From NCBI GenBank assembly GCA_051294905.1, contig CM119372.1, forward strand, positions 30,010,001 to 30,074,000: DNA of 64,000 nucleotides, read 5' to 3'. This stretch comes from Botryllus schlosseri. Lineage: Eukaryota. Below, in pieces: positions 1 to 13,936 of this stretch (position 1 is the first letter of the stretch; every line of letters starts with the position of its first letter). The notes under the pieces were generated by a model. It made no database searches. It saw only the letters and a program-made list of their open reading frames with translations, and was not told where the DNA came from. A program made the translations under genes and the position numbers.

Positions 1-2031
1 CATATTTATAGACTCGAATTAACCATTTAAAGCGCTTCAGTTTGGTGTTTCTTATGAAACGGAAGTCACAAAACATGCAATATCCACACTGTGCCATCGA
101 ACAGTTATATTTAAATCCGAATTGAAAACGAAATATATGGAGACCAAATTTACCCGATACAAAACCGAGTGCTTCTGCTATATCTGTTCTCAATAGTCGC
201 TTTACTATGTGCTCATAAATAGCGGTATCATACCGCTCACAATGCTTCTGACAACAATTCAAAAGGGTTTCTGACACGCTTGGATTGCAGCCTTGACTAC
301 CCAACCAATGGTGAAAATCATGAGTGACTTGAATAATCAAAATGATATGAAAGTTATCCACACGGCAATGAAAAACTAGGCAAGGGCTGAATGTTTTCAA
401 GTGTTCAGTTAATTGATGTAAGTATGTTCCTATTAGAAAACGTGACACAATCTATCAGGCATTGAACAAAGAACATGCTTGCAGACGGCAGTTTTCAATT
501 GCAAGTTAAAGGAGAATGGAATCAGATATATGCACATTGAGCTAAATACAGCGTGGTCGCGCGTGGCGGCTACATGTGTAACAAAATTCATGAGCATTGG
601 CAACAGGAAAATGCCTAGTAATTGCGTTAAATTTAAAAATTAAGGTCCTCTATCACAGATCACGAAATATGCTGATTATTACTTTCACGTGCAGAGATCA
701 TCTACTTCCTAATCGCTGGATTCACCAATCCACAGATTGACCGTAAATCCAGATAAATCACTGAACTTTTTTTTGCCTTTTCATTTACCTTTCATGGACC
801 CCCGAAGGATTACGGACCCTAATTTAAGAATTTTGATACACACACTTCATACAAACTGCTGTCAATTCTTGTTGGACATTTTTACCAAAAACTTTCATAA
901 AAACCTAAATTTTCAAAAAGCCTTATTTTTGGCATTTTCAAAATTTTATTTTTGGCAGTTTTGGCATTTGACTCCAGAAATGCTAAAAATAACACGGCCT
1001 GGGTATGATCCTACTGCGCGAGTGCGCGTAAAATCAATCACTTGGATGTATCAGAAATACTTGACCTGCCACGCGTAGTCTCCTTAGTTCTTCTTCTTTA
1101 GCCAGTGCTTTCAAATTCTTCATTAGCTCTTCCAGCGCGATTTCCTATAGAATCGACAGCAGTCAGAGGACAAAAATTCCAGCATGGTCAACATGCGCAC
1201 TTGCGTTATCGAAATATTGCTGCCTTTGAGATTTGCTTATGCCTATACCACCTAGTGCAGTCTCATTCGATAATGACGCTCACTAATTCTGGGTTTCAAT
1301 AACTCGACAGGACCTCACAGCACCGCTGAATGATTTTCACTCTCGAATACTTGATGATTTTCACATTTCCCAACACAACACATTTGATGTATAGATAAAT
1401 TACTAACGTCACAATTTCCGTACGATGTCCATCGTCCGCCAGTCAAGCTCGAGCCACATCGCTGCCCTGCAATGATTTCTTTCATTACTGAGATCATAGT
1501 GAATGCATTGATCACCATAGCAAAGCACGGTTTTGTCGAGAAAAGTATTAAGAACATTATAGATCTTTCTACAATTAACCACAGATATGGAAGTCGGGCC
1601 ATGCACGTTTGGTGTTTACGTCGGGCTCGGGCCGGGCGGAAGTACGTTTGAGCTGAAATTTGAAAAATATTTTAGGTTTCAATCAGATCGATCGGTAAGA
1701 TAATCATATCAATTGTATAATGATACACGACGTCATCGATAATGCTCATTTGCTTAACGCAATGGAAAGTCTATTCTTTTTAGTCTCTTTTCATTGATCT
1801 ACAACTACAAAATCGTTTAGTAGATGATTGTATCTTATAACGAGTGTTGATGGTACGTATGACGGGCTTGTCAGGTAGCGCTGGCTACCAGTCAACACAG
1901 GAGTATCCTTACATTGAATTTTACCTTAACTTTATAACGGTAACTGGAAGCCATGCGCACAAAATTCATTTCATATCTAATGCTCAGTAATAATAAAATA
2001 ATATCATTGCTGCCGCGGTACACGTGCACGT

Positions 2032-2906
2032 CAGTTTTGGGTTGCCTCGATTTATGACTTGAATCGAGATAACTTTTACGTATAAATTGACTTGACTGGA
2101 GTCACTTTGCAAAAAATGACTTGGCTTGACTTGACTCGGTGCTTCACAAATGTGGATTGACTCGTGACTCGGAGCAAAATTTACGAGTCAATTTCAAGTC
2201 ATCGTGTAAACGGTGTCGAATAAATCAATGTATCTTGTTTAAGTTCGGATTGTTCTCGATGTTCCGGTGTGATTTGTGAGAGCAACCAGTCATTCACTGA
2301 TTGTACGTTTCACTGATCCTCCATTATCACATCACCAATAAACTGACCGCAAACGAAATGATCACAGCTTACGTTGATGTACTAGCAGTAGATTAATCGA
2401 ATAGCAACGTATCTCTGTTGCTTAGACGGCTCAGTGCTTACATTGCACAGTGCTCACTTTAACCAACTCTTTTGTATGATTTAAATAGAACGAATATAGT
2501 TTACGCGTTTATATTCTCGCGGTAGTGTACTGTACCATATCAATTTCTTTCATACTTTCCCATGCTTCCTATTCGACCTTCTATTTTTACTCACGTATTT
2601 TATTAGCCGTTCTACCAGTGATATCCCCGAGTTCTACGTGTGCGTGAGCGACACAACGCCTTTGCGCATGTATATTTAACTTTATATTCGTTATTTGATT
2701 AAAGAAATGACCAATCAATCAATCTGTCTTTCTGACAGCTAGCCAAATGTAATGACTTTGAATCATCACTCATACTTCGAAAATTCAGATTGACTCGAAT
2801 TGCGACTTGACTCGTTACTCGACTTGACTTGACTTGACTCGTGTCAAAATGTGCAATGACTCAAGATGACTCGTGACTCGAAGGTTGTGACTTGATCCCA
2901 ACACTG
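2032..2906 (+). mobile_element. Non-autonomous hAT-like element, CAGTGTTGGG-terminus family with GACTT/GACTC subterminal arrays (older, decayed copy)
   Basis: Left end CAGTTTTGGG, right end CCCAACACTG; GACTTGACTCG arrays at both ends; colinear with the outer parts of 20787-24930. Flanks match only 4/8 (gtgcacgt/ccatacgt). Confidence 0.8.
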
Positions 2907-3520
2907 CCATACGTGAATTGATGCGCATTACGTTTAATGAATTCAGAAATCGCAAACAAATTCATAAATTAAATATTTTGTCACGAATAATATTATAGGC
3001 TACAATACAGTTTAGCAGATTTGGTGTCCACTCCCATCTTTTATCTCACTTGGAGATCATCTCAAAGGTACGTGACCGTAAGTTAATTCTAAAACACATA
3101 TACGTTGTATATGACATGGCCCTATAAGGAAATATCTTTTTTTCTCCGCAACTTTGCGACTTTCTACGGATTATTCACGGGTGCTTGACAGAAAGACCCC
3201 TTAGAAGCATTTGCTAACATCTATATGCACATTCAGAATCAGTTACCACTTCTTTAGATCAGTGGTTCTCAATCTTTTTGTCTTCACGGAGCCCTTTTGG
3301 ACCGTCACGGACCACCGCGGACCCCCAATGTTTTATTTCAAATTTAGCTCTATCATCGTGCAACCGTCATCTGTCCAGTGAAAATATCAGCTATAGGCTA
3401 GTATTAAACAACAACAAAATGACCATTCTTGAAAATAAAATTATAGTCTACTATCTATGTAGAAATTGGGAAGACTTTTTTCAAAGCGAATTCTGTAGCT
3501 AAATTTCTTGAAATAAGCAG

Positions 3521-4794
3521 TAGGGATGGTGTGAACCTCTGAAAGGTTCAGGTTCGCGTTAACGCGAACCCTTTTGAAACGTTCTGTGTGAACGCGAACG
3601 TGAACCTCATGACGTCACGTGACGTCATATTGCTAATCCCAACTCTACATTTCAGTGAAGTGATAGCCCATAACAATGTACACGATATGTAGCGATGACT
3701 CGGGCCACATAATGCCCTGATGCTGAAGTTCATATTGACGCTGTAAACGTCGCCAAATGTACCAGCTGGGGCAATCAAATGCCGTAATAATCCGAAAAAA
3801 TCAATATCTTCCGTCGCTTTGCCAACAATTTCGACGAGGACTTGCAAGGTAATATAAGCTTACGTCTTAACGGTCTAGGCCAGACCGGACAATGTATTCG
3901 GCGGCCGGGGGATTGCTACGCCGATATTGAGCAGAGTGTAAAATAGGTTTCTATACTTGCTACCGGTATTACCCCATTAACAAGTAATACAGCAGTAGCG
4001 AAGATCCCAATCGCACGGAATTGGTTTTTATGATACAACGTCCAATAAACATATGAAATCAAGATTGCCCCGTACGCCTGCTAGACTTTTTACATAAGAC
4101 AAAGATATCAATTTCATTGATTGGTTGAATAAGCATCATTCGCTGACTGCCTACCAGAGATGGGCGGATTCCCAAATTTCGGGATCCGAATCTATCCGGA
4201 TCCGGCTGGCAATGTGAGATTCGGAGTCCGGCTGTTGAAGGTCCAGCTTGGAATCCGAAAAAATCCTGCCACAACAATGCTAATTAATCATATTGCAGCA
4301 AAAAATCCGGCTAAAATCCGACCATCACCGCAAATTCAAAATCCGGATCCAGTCCGGTCAGGTAAAAATTCAATGAAATCCTGCTCCGGCTCCGGCTCCT
4401 GAACCGGACTGTGGCCATCTCTGCTGCCTACATGTAGTGTATTTCGCTCTTGATGTTGTGTGATTGCGGGTCAAGCTCAATGCAGAGGTTCACTAAATAT
4501 TCTGAATATTTTGAGCAAACTTTTGTAACAAAGCAAGTAAAATTTTGAGATTGGCAAGGTACATGCCCGTTTGCTGTTGATTTTTTTATTGTGCCAGCGC
4601 CATGCATAGAGTGGTGCGAAGTTCAAATGCAAAGGATTCCAATCAAAGATGTTAAAATGACGCGAGAAATGGTAATCTATGAAAGAGGTTCACATTGCAG
4701 AACCTACCAAGGTTCGCTTGTGAACGTGAACCTCTACATTTCGAAGGTTCACACACAGAACGTGAACCTGAACCTCATGTTCGCAGCATCCCTA
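3521..4794 (+). mobile_element. hAT-like MITE, TAGGGATG family (GAACC/GGTTC subterminal repeats), copy 1
   Basis: TIR TAGGGATG...CATCCCTA; exact TSD ATAAGCAG; homologous copies at 49684 and 54409. Confidence 0.93.
4155..4423. mobile_element. hAT-like MITE, CAGAGATGG termini with ATCCGG repeats (third nesting level)
   Basis: TIR CAGAGATGG...CCATCTCTG; exact TSD CTGCCTAC; absent from the matching position in the paralogous host copy near 51010-51030. Confidence 0.92.
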
Positions 4795-5384
4795 ATAAGC
4801 AGTCGTGTCTTGAAAATCCGCGTCGTTTATGCGATATGAACAAGTGCCGAAAATCCATTTCCACGACGATAAGCGGCGTATAATGTAATAATAACGCGCG
4901 ACGCTTTCGACGCCACCTTTGGGCATGATCGCAACATATATGACACCAAAATTGACAAACAGATTATTATTAAACATATAACGTCCAGCATAGTCATTTC
5001 TATCTAGAAGATCATCTTGAAGTTATTCTGGAATAGTGGTGATGGAAATCACAGGAGAAAATGAATTTTTTCCAGGCAATTATTTTCCAAAACCCCAACA
5101 AAACATCTCTAAACAGCAGTATCTTTGTATCAGTGGGCTGTCGACAATTTGGCATTTAAAAGGACTTTGCGCAGTAGAATATTTCATCTCAAACGGTCAT
5201 TCTGTTTATGCGAATTACGAAGTGTTAGCAGTTATGAATGTCATCACGATTTCTCTAATTAATAATTACGAATAAGCTCATCAACCACTTTACAAATGCA
5301 GAGGTTTCGCGGACCCCTGAAAACGCTACGCGGAACCCCGGTTGAGAACCACTGCTTTAGATACATATTCTGATCGGTGCAAGG

Positions 5385-5515
5385 TCAGGTTATATCGGGC
5401 TAGCGTTAGCGTCAGGTTAGCTTGATTTACCGTCAGTAATACGGGTTCGGGGTTGGGTTAGGTTTAACATTGGGTTTAGTTACGGCAAAGGTTAGCTTCT
5501 GTTAGGGATAGGTTT
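5385..5515 (+). repeat. Degenerate GGTTAG / telomere-like repeat patch
   Basis: Recurrent GGTTAG, GGGTTAGG, GTTAGGG words over about 130 bp. Confidence 0.5.
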
Positions 5516-6137
5516 CAATGATTCATATATTCGTTAAATATCACATGACTAATTGCAATTAAAAGGGTACATTTATTTATATGACAATATAATATAACAT
5601 TCTCACCTTTAACAGAGGGCGACATCTTTATCAAGTAGATGGATACCAGTAATCGCCATAAAACATAAGGAATGAGCATTGTATTCTTCTTAGCCAACAA
5701 TCATCGTATACATATTAACTAACCGCGTAGCAGTATTTACGAACATTAAAATAGAGGAATATCCTCACGACATGTCACTGTTTAACGCAGTGTTTCTCAA
5801 CCCCGAGTCCGCGGACTCAAATGAGTCCGTGAAAGGACATGGATGAGTCCGCGAGCACAGGGATTTTCGGTAAATTAATCGACACACACGTTGACAAATT
5901 GTCAACCTGGTATTTCCTCATGTGTTTCAATGGAAAAGCGGAAGTCTCATTTTGAATGTGTTATATTAGATGATTTTATATTGATAAAACATTACCAAAC
6001 GATCATATATCCTAATTTGGAGGTCCACGGACATAGTTTTAGCTTGAGAATGTCGAATATCCACCAAAAAATATCGAAATTTACAGTTTTTTCTTCAATT
6101 TCCGATATGATATCGGAACATGTAATTGACGGACCTA

Positions 6138-6219
6138 CGGGGCTCGTTCACTTTCGGACCAAAGTCATCACAGCCTTACGGAGAAAATAGCTTTTTGGTC
6201 CGAAAGTGCATGAGCCCCG
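6138..6219. mobile_element. 82-bp TA-flanked MITE (Tc1/mariner-like) nested in the hAT
   Basis: 26-bp TIR CGGGGCTC(GTT/ATG)CACTTTCGGACCAAA, 24/26 identical, with TA on both sides. Confidence 0.75.
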
Positions 6220-7419
6220 TACTGGTCCGGGTTCGTCAAATTCCGATTTGAGACTTGGGCTTCAACCTTGATGGGTGATTCGCAAAATACAACTCTTGAA
6301 CTGTTAGTCACCTAGCTGTCATATAAAATGCAAATATACCCAAATATGTGACTAGCGGCACTGAGCTTGAATAGTGCTTTCAGAACTATATTCATAGTAG
6401 TAGAATTTATTACCTCGAAGACTTTTCGCGTACCCCTTATCAAGAGATATACAATAAGAAGGAGAAAGATTTTGTCTACAATCGTTAAGTATGCCATAAA
6501 TATATACCGCTAATTGTCTCTGTAACGTCTTCCGTGTATTGTATAATTTTATTTTCTCTTGTCCCTTTATTAGACTACCGGTACAGCTGACTTTGGCCAG
6601 CTTGCGCTCGTTTTTATTATTATATTGTTACGTCATATTTTGCCAATTTGGTTATCGTTAGAATATAGAATGTTTACATTCTATAGTTAGAACCTATTTC
6701 TGTATGCTTCTTATTGTGCCGTTAACTCTTGATGAGGGTCATACGAAATGCCTTCAAGTTAATAAATTATACTACAATGAATGTAGTTTGGAATGCAATA
6801 TCAGAGATACCTCAATAAGCGATGTTTCGCCACGTATATTTCAAACGCAAGAACAACGAAACATAAAGCTCTACAACAAATTGTTCAGCATTCCAAGCAA
6901 TATTCGTTCTCCTGAAATGTTCTGTGTCTTGGGCAACCAGTTGGTTGCAAGTGTCACAGGCAAGACGGGTATGCTTTGGACATCTGTAGCATCTTCCTGG
7001 CTTGATACCAAATATGTCAGGGATGCCTATAAACCCTTATTATCGGCAACTAGAATTTTTCAAAATGCCCTAGATTTATGGCCGAGGTAGCCCATTGGTA
7101 AAATTGTCATAACCAATTCTATCCTGGTTATAAATGTACAATTTTCGTCGGATTGACTTGAATTTGGTACGCTTGGATGCGGAATTTGACGATGAGTACT
7201 CACATACCGAAAATGCCAGGTATAAACTCCCATGACAGCTCTTCATACACACGTATGCACCGCTTGCACGCGTTTTCGGCGCGATATACGCTGAGTGTTA
7301 TTGTATTTATTGCGACTTATGGTCCACTTGTAGACGTTATTTGGATATTGATAAATCGTAGGGACATGTGCTCATTACAGAAACAATCTATAGTTGTCTA
7401 TTTATTAGTAGAACTCGAA

Positions 7420-7766
7420 ATATGGACTACATTACTGAACATGAACAGTTGTTTGCATTGCAAAGCCGACAGATATGGAAAGACACCTTTAAAAAGGCTT
7501 CTTTGACTCAATTTTGGACAAATGTGCACTGGGCAGTCGATGGAGCATAGTCTTTCAGATCTTTGCTAGCAAGCTGCAACAGCTCTTTTGCCATTTCCAA
7601 CCACATACCTGAGTAAATCTGACTTTTCAACCCTGACGATGATCAAAAGAAGTATCGCAATAGACTTCAACCGGTAGATGACATCAGATGTAGGCCTACA
7701 TTAACAACCATAATTCCGGAATTCGATAAACTTGTCAAGCAAGTTCAAGGACAAGGCTCTAATTGA
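7420..7766 (+). pseudogene. Buster/ZBED5-like hAT transposase C-terminal (dimerisation domain) remnant
   Basis: Frameshifted translation EHEQLFALQSRQIWKDTFKKASLTQFW...LLPFPTTYLSKSDFSTLTMIK..KYRNRLQPVDDIRC...IPEFDKLVKQVQGQGSN matches the Buster pattern LLPFxTTYLCExGFS..IKxKYRNRL. Confidence 0.85.
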
Positions 7767-9914
7767 GTGTGTGTTGAGTGCAAAACAGTGCTTGATTTTT
7801 TCGTTGATACCGTATTAAACTCTCTTGGATAGAAATCAAAAAACCTAATTTTCGTTAATATATAGCTTGAGTCCGCGGATATATAGGCGAGCTTGAGAAT
7901 AGTCCGCGGGCCAAAAAGGTTGAGAATCACTGGTTTAACGTGATAGTGTTTTGTTGTGCAGTTTCGGATAACCAAGTTTTCCGCATTGTTGAACCAGGCA
8001 CCCGTATAGCCCGTTTCATTTCCTGGTTCCGCGTTTGATTGAAACAAAACTGCCAACATGCAGCCCTTATAAAAAAGTGACGCCCTCTCAAATTCACACT
8101 ATACGGTACATGTTTATAATTTACCATTTGATTCCATTTACCCGAGAATCCGACCAGATAAAAAGTACTTATCACCCGATACGTATGATGAATTAATTGT
8201 TTAAGTAATTCACTTCGCCTTATCATTTCATCGTCCGCCGCTGTGGCTTCTGTTTCAAGAGTTGCGCAATATCTCCGAGTGATATCACCATAGTGTCCTA
8301 TACGGTGTGGACACAAGCAAATCTCATGGCTCAGTGAAATTGGTCTAAGTCACACTGTTCATTTGGCTAAAGGCCATTTGACGGCCATTTTTGACCGGCT
8401 TGCCGAACGCGAAATTTGATAAAACGGGTATCAATCGACAGCTACCGCGGTACTGATTGCGAAATTATAAATTTAAGTCTGCTCGTTGTCTTGGAACCCC
8501 CCAAAATCAGCCTCGAATGTTGCATAGTAACAGAGTTTGGTATTGTGACGCTCAGACGACATGGTTGCGTCACAATACCGGTGGACAGTGAAACATCTAC
8601 TGCGGACGTGACGCGACCTCACTTATTGCATGTTATTTTCATAACGACACTTCCTACTCCATAGATACGAAGTACTCCAATAGCATTTGAGGTGTGAGAG
8701 TGGGCTGCTCGCACCATTATGATTATCAAGTTTTCATGACGGAAGATTTCACATGCATTCTGGTATCTGTATAAAACATATTTTGACTTGATTTTGTCTT
8801 CAACAGATTTCACATGTATCATTCAGAAAACGTATTTTGCATTGATTGCACGATAATGCAGAGTTGAATTCATCGAAACGATTCCCCAGTAGGGACATCC
8901 AAACCAACTTCAGTGTAGGTGGCATCCAGGCATTACATATTATGACATCCATTGGAATGGTCATTGGTGACTGGCATAGGAGCATAAGTCCAATATGTGA
9001 CTTACTGAGCAAGTCCTCAGTAACTAACCGTGGGACGTGGGACGAGTGGGAACAATTGTGGACGTACCCGTAAGTCTATTGGATATCGGGTGTTTGCTGG
9101 GATGGTATAGCACCCGCACCAACCAATCGATGAATGGCGTTTGCCTGACACTGATCTCCACAGTCGAGCATGCGACAATTTAGCTTATCTGCAGCGTCGG
9201 AAACCTTTTGCAAGCTATATATTATTAATTGTATTACCGTGAGAGCCACATTTAGCATTTGCAATTTAGAGCAAACCCGACAATTGTAGATCGTTGAGAA
9301 GCTTCTGTATCCGAATGACGTGGGTACAATTCCCGGGCCAAACGAAATAGCTGATCAATGAAACTGGTTTCCGTGGCTTCCTCAGTTGGTGCTCAGCATT
9401 TCCGGGATAGCACGGAGGGTTGTTGCACGACTTAGAAATCCTTTACGGCGCTATTTCTGTACCTTCCTTGTCCAGTGACATACGCATATCATGCACACGT
9501 GGTATGCATATGCACAGATTGTGAATAAGTTTATCATGCGTTGCTAGGCTAGATGAGTCAGTGTATATGCCGCAAAACCATCAAGCACAAAAATACAAAC
9601 GTCCTATTCCGGCATGAAAGCAATATTGTTTTTGCAAAGATAGAAACTCAACGTATGAGATGTGTCCGGTGTAGACCCGTAAATTACTTGAGGATATCGT
9701 ATTTCCCGCATTATAGATTGAAAAACTATTTAAATTTGATATCGATAGGGCAATTTTAGTAAAGTAATTTAATAACAAAATTCATATTTCTGTTCTCTCT
9801 TCTTGCCTTAATCAAACCTCTTGTTTCATTGAAATTGAGTTCGAATAGTTTATATACTCCTCAACCATTGGCGCAGGCTCGAAATGTTAATGTATTGCAT
9901 CTTTTCAATTCGTT

Positions 9915-10267
9915 TCTATATTCTCCATTCTCTATTTTGGCTGGTAACTATAAACTGAGGCTATGCCGCGATACAGCGCCTTCTTGCATGTATAATGTAT
10001 ATATAACTCTATATTCGTTCATCGGCTCAGAATCAATGACACCTCAATCTGTATTTCAGACAGCTAGCAAATACAATGACGTAATCATGTCTCATAATTC
10101 GAAAAGACAACTTGACTTGAATCGTGACTTGACTCGTGACTTGACTTGACTTGTCCCGATTTGACTCGTGCCACCTTTGAAAACCGATTGACTTGATTAG
10201 ACTCGAGTCAAAATGTGCAATGACTCGAAATGACTTGTGACTTGGTAGTGACTTGATCCCAACACTG
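9915..10267 (+). mobile_element. Right-end fragment of the CAGTGTTGGG/GACTC hAT family
   Basis: Ends GACTTGATCCCAACACTG as at 2906 and 24930; upstream part resembles 24590-24900; left TIR not found. Confidence 0.75.
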
Positions 10268-10285
10268 TCACACATTTCAAACTAG

Positions 10286-10826
10286 TAGCGCTGGCAGATT
10301 ATCGAGGCCGATATTTCGAACTTTCACGATTATCAATATCGGCCTATGAAGGCCGATATGGCGGCCAATATCGCGGCCGATATTTTATATATAAAAAAAT
10401 TCAAAAATATTGGAAATTCAATGCTCCCTGTTCTCAATCTCAAGAAATCGACGACACAAAGTGCGATACGTGACAGATTTACTCTTGTACGGAGTTTAAC
10501 TGGGTAAGCATGCAGAGAAACTATGCTTCCTGCATTACAATCTATCTCCACTCGACTGATCTGCAATTCTGTATCAAATTTTGCTTTTTAGGTTATCCCA
10601 AATTTCAATGAATGTGCACAATTAGGCAATCATTCTTTTTAATTTCAGTTTTCTCGTTTGTTGTTCAGCTTTCTGTGGCATGCACAAGTGCCATCTTGCA
10701 TAATATATAATATTTTTGGCGAAATGGTTCTCTGCTCCTTCCATATTAATATCGGCCTATGATATCGGTTGTGAGTGTGTCGATAATCGGTATCGGCCTG
10801 CAAAAGTCGATATCGGTCGACCTCTA
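10286..10826. mobile_element. Decayed hAT-like MITE with ATCGGCC/GGCCGATA subterminal repeats
   Basis: Right end GATATCGGTCGACCTCTA; repeated GGCCGATA at the left and TATCGGCC at the right; left TIR degenerate; no clear TSD. Confidence 0.55.
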
Positions 10827-10925
10827 ATCACGACACGACGAGGATGCGTTGTTACCGCTTCAACGCATATAGTCTTTATTCAACCAGACATGAATTTAAA
10901 TGCAATTAGTATTTCATAACACGCA

Positions 10926-12967
10926 CACTGTAAAAAATAAAAACCTCGATTTACCGCGAAATGTTTGGAAGCACGGTAGCCAGACATTTCGTGGTAATCT
11001 AACATTACCGTTAGTCAATGTAAATTTAACTTACACTCGTCCGGTAATCTCACTTTACACGCCAGACTGTAATGTTACAGTCACCTCCGGTATATCTAAT
11101 CTACATGTTCTCCTGTACATTTGCGATCGAGACTGTCATTTTACCGCCTACCTACCTACATGCTGTTCCTGTACATCAGGATTACATACCAGCTTGTAAA
11201 TTCACGTACATCCACACCTATCGCAAAGCAACCCGATGCAAAAATATCGCAACATTTTCTTCACATCCACAAAACGACATTGGAATAAACTGTATATTCA
11301 TTCATGATATCACGATGAAGTGGTTATCGATGGAAAAGTATTGCTGCTGGAGGTCTAATTCTTCTTTGGGAGACATGCAGTAACACGAGTGGTCTCAAGA
11401 AAACATGAATTAATTCCACCACCGGCCAAACTTCCAATTGTTTCTTTTTCTCGTTCTCATTCCTTCTGTGTAAGTAGTAGCTTGCAGTTCCACTAAAAAG
11501 AATTCGTGCGTAAGTAGCTATATAAAGCAAAGTTCCTAACCTGGACATGACATTATAACGACTAAGACAAATAGGCTAACAAAAATATAACATGTTTTGA
11601 AGTACCGGTACTGGCACATTGTGTGATGACGGCTCCGCCTTTCACATGACATAGCAGAGATTCATGACTTTATCTCTGTATTGAAGCAAAAGGTTCCTAA
11701 ATTAAGGTGGCATGTGTGGCAAACAAATCCAGCAGTGGATGAAAACATATCTATGCTATGGCCCGAAAATGACATTACCAAGCCAACAGTTTCAACTCCT
11801 CCGCAGCGGAGTATGTGGTCACTATATAAGTCGACAAATATCCCAAAATAGAACAGAGAATGCGGCGAATGAAATATATCAATCATGAAATCTAAGTCAT
11901 CGAGGGCTGGTGTGCAGAGTCAGATATTCACGGTAACAAATACTATGTAGTGCTGTATTACCTTTTAAGATGCGCATGCCATTCAGCATTCCTAGGAATC
12001 TTCAACGATCGTGTTCACTTTCTTCAAGCACAAGCTTCGCTCCACCCTTTGCTCAAATCTCACTAATGGCCACTGGCCAGACGACACTCGAACGATTTCG
12101 AAATAAATGGTATTCATCCGCTGACACATAACACCAATAATATTTACTGGCCACGTTATAATGTTTGATCTGGGTCGTTTTTTCCATACAGAAACATTTA
12201 TCATTGCATATAGTCCCTTTTTTCATCTAATTTCGTATAAATTGATGTATATTCCATGTGTTGTTCACTACTTACTGTACTTACCTAACCAGACGCTGCT
12301 TGTGATGTCACAGTTGTGCGTTGGTTGTTTACTACGAATCTCAGAAAAAGCAGTCACCTAATGTAACCTATTACAGGTCGCCCTGTCCGCCATTAACAAA
12401 TGGTTAGCTGAGCATGCGGTGCTGATATTTCTAGTTTCCCCGAGCAATATTATACATCCTGAACTAATTTTCTAACTTATCAGCCTTATCCGTGACAACG
12501 AATGTAACCAGCGAGACTGGCCGTACAGCCATTGCCTTATAATATCATATGGCTACGGTGTACCACATTAGCTACGATCGTCAGTTATTTCTTGTACCCT
12601 ACTAAGCTTAAATTGATATTAGGGCCAACAATTTCGGTATGACAGACCCCAGTCTCGCAAACGAGGTTCAATCAGGTCAAATCACCTCTATAGAATGATA
12701 TATCAGTAACATTCAGTTCTACGTATACATTGGCTGCAGCGATTTTGAAGCTAATCAATTTTGCCAATAGCCCGGTAAACTGCAGTAACGAGTAACTGTC
12801 AGTAATTTTGCGAAGAAATTCTGGTAACTTACTTTACAGCTATATTAAGGTAATATTACATATCAAAATGTAAAATGACAAGCTACGCACAGTAATTGGC
12901 TGCGACCGGTAATTTGTGGTAAAATTTACAGAGATTTCCCAGTAAATCTACCAGATTTTTTACAGTG
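10926..12967. mobile_element. EnSpm/CACTA-type (CMC) non-autonomous element
   Basis: 13-bp perfect TIR CACTGTAAAAAAT...ATTTTTTACAGTG; 2-bp TSD CA; TTACC/GGTAA subterminal repeats at both ends. Confidence 0.8.
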
Positions 12968-13323
12968 CACAAATATATTCATATCAATTCGAGACTATAT
13001 TACAGCGTGGGATTTCTTATCAAGTTTTCGTGTGGAGCACGAATTCTTATGTATCAATATAGGGTATCAATATATTCTGTTTTAAATTCCACCCTAATGC
13101 CAAAAACAAACTTCAATAAAATAAGAACGGAATATATTAGAATATGGGCACCCACATGAACCTACTACATACCAACAACGGGGCGTTACACTGAATTTAC
13201 CAACTTACCAACTCATATCGGGGTTTGGAGACGGCAACTAATTTTATGTTCACGTTTTTATAGTGAGACTTTAGCCTAAAAAGAAAGAAACTCTACCCTA
13301 TAACAAAATACTATAGGCTACAT

Positions 13324-13400
13324 CAGTGGTTGTCAACATTTTTTTAATCTTCGCGGACCCCTTTTGGACCTTCACCGACCCCCGTGGACTCCACATGTTT
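13324..13400. mobile_element. Solo end of the hAT family seen at 3260
   Basis: CAGTGGTTGTCAAC...CGCGGACCCTTTTGGACC...CCCCGTGGACTCC aligns with 3260-3330; no partner end found. Confidence 0.65.
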
Positions 13401-13936
13401 TTTATGCTTGTACAGCTCAACGAATACCCATCGGCCTGCTTACTACATTTTGAAGATTCTTTCCGCTATTGTGTATACAAGAATATATACTTCTCTTAGT
13501 AACCAATTTCTCGTGAATTCCGAACCACATTGACGTGTGTTAACTTCTGGTATTAGGTGATAATACCATTTTCATGTCTGATAATGCCACTTGTCAAGGT
13601 GATACAAACGTAAGCTCAAGCTACTTTAATGTTAATTCATTCAATTAGCTTGTGTTTATCATGAAATTACTTGGATTATGCTGAGTTTCGCTATTAAAAA
13701 ACACTGCAACATGATTGAGTTAATCAAACACAGCGCAAATAATTACAAATCACCTGCAGTAGGTATTCTTTTATGATATACGAAGGAGGATGACACGAAT
13801 ATCTTATAATACTCTAGTAATTCATTTATTTAGCTTGTGTTAATTATGAAATCACTTGGCTCATGCTGTAAATTACACTGCAACATGAAAAGTTATTATA
13901 TTTGATCTCATAAGTTAGAACTAAATTTGAACTCGT

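Larger units (their letters stand above)
3260..5354. mobile_element. Non-autonomous hAT (Charlie/Buster-type) element hosting two nested MITEs
   Basis: TIR CAGTGGTTCTCAA...TTGAGAACCACTG; exact 8-bp TSD CTTTAGAT (3252-3259, 5355-5362); CGCGGACCCC subterminal motifs. Confidence 0.93.
5788..7932 (+). mobile_element. Internally deleted Charlie/Buster-type hAT transposon
   Basis: TIR CAGTGTTTCTCAACC...GGTTGAGAATCACTG; exact TSD GTTTAACG; carries a transposase C-terminal remnant; ends are related to 3260-5354 in the opposite orientation. Confidence 0.92.

Noticed and set aside
9310..9430. Possible decayed SINE core (GGGTACAATTCCC...GCTTCCTCAGTTGGTGCTCAGCATT)
   Set aside because: Too diverged to define boxes, tail or boundaries.
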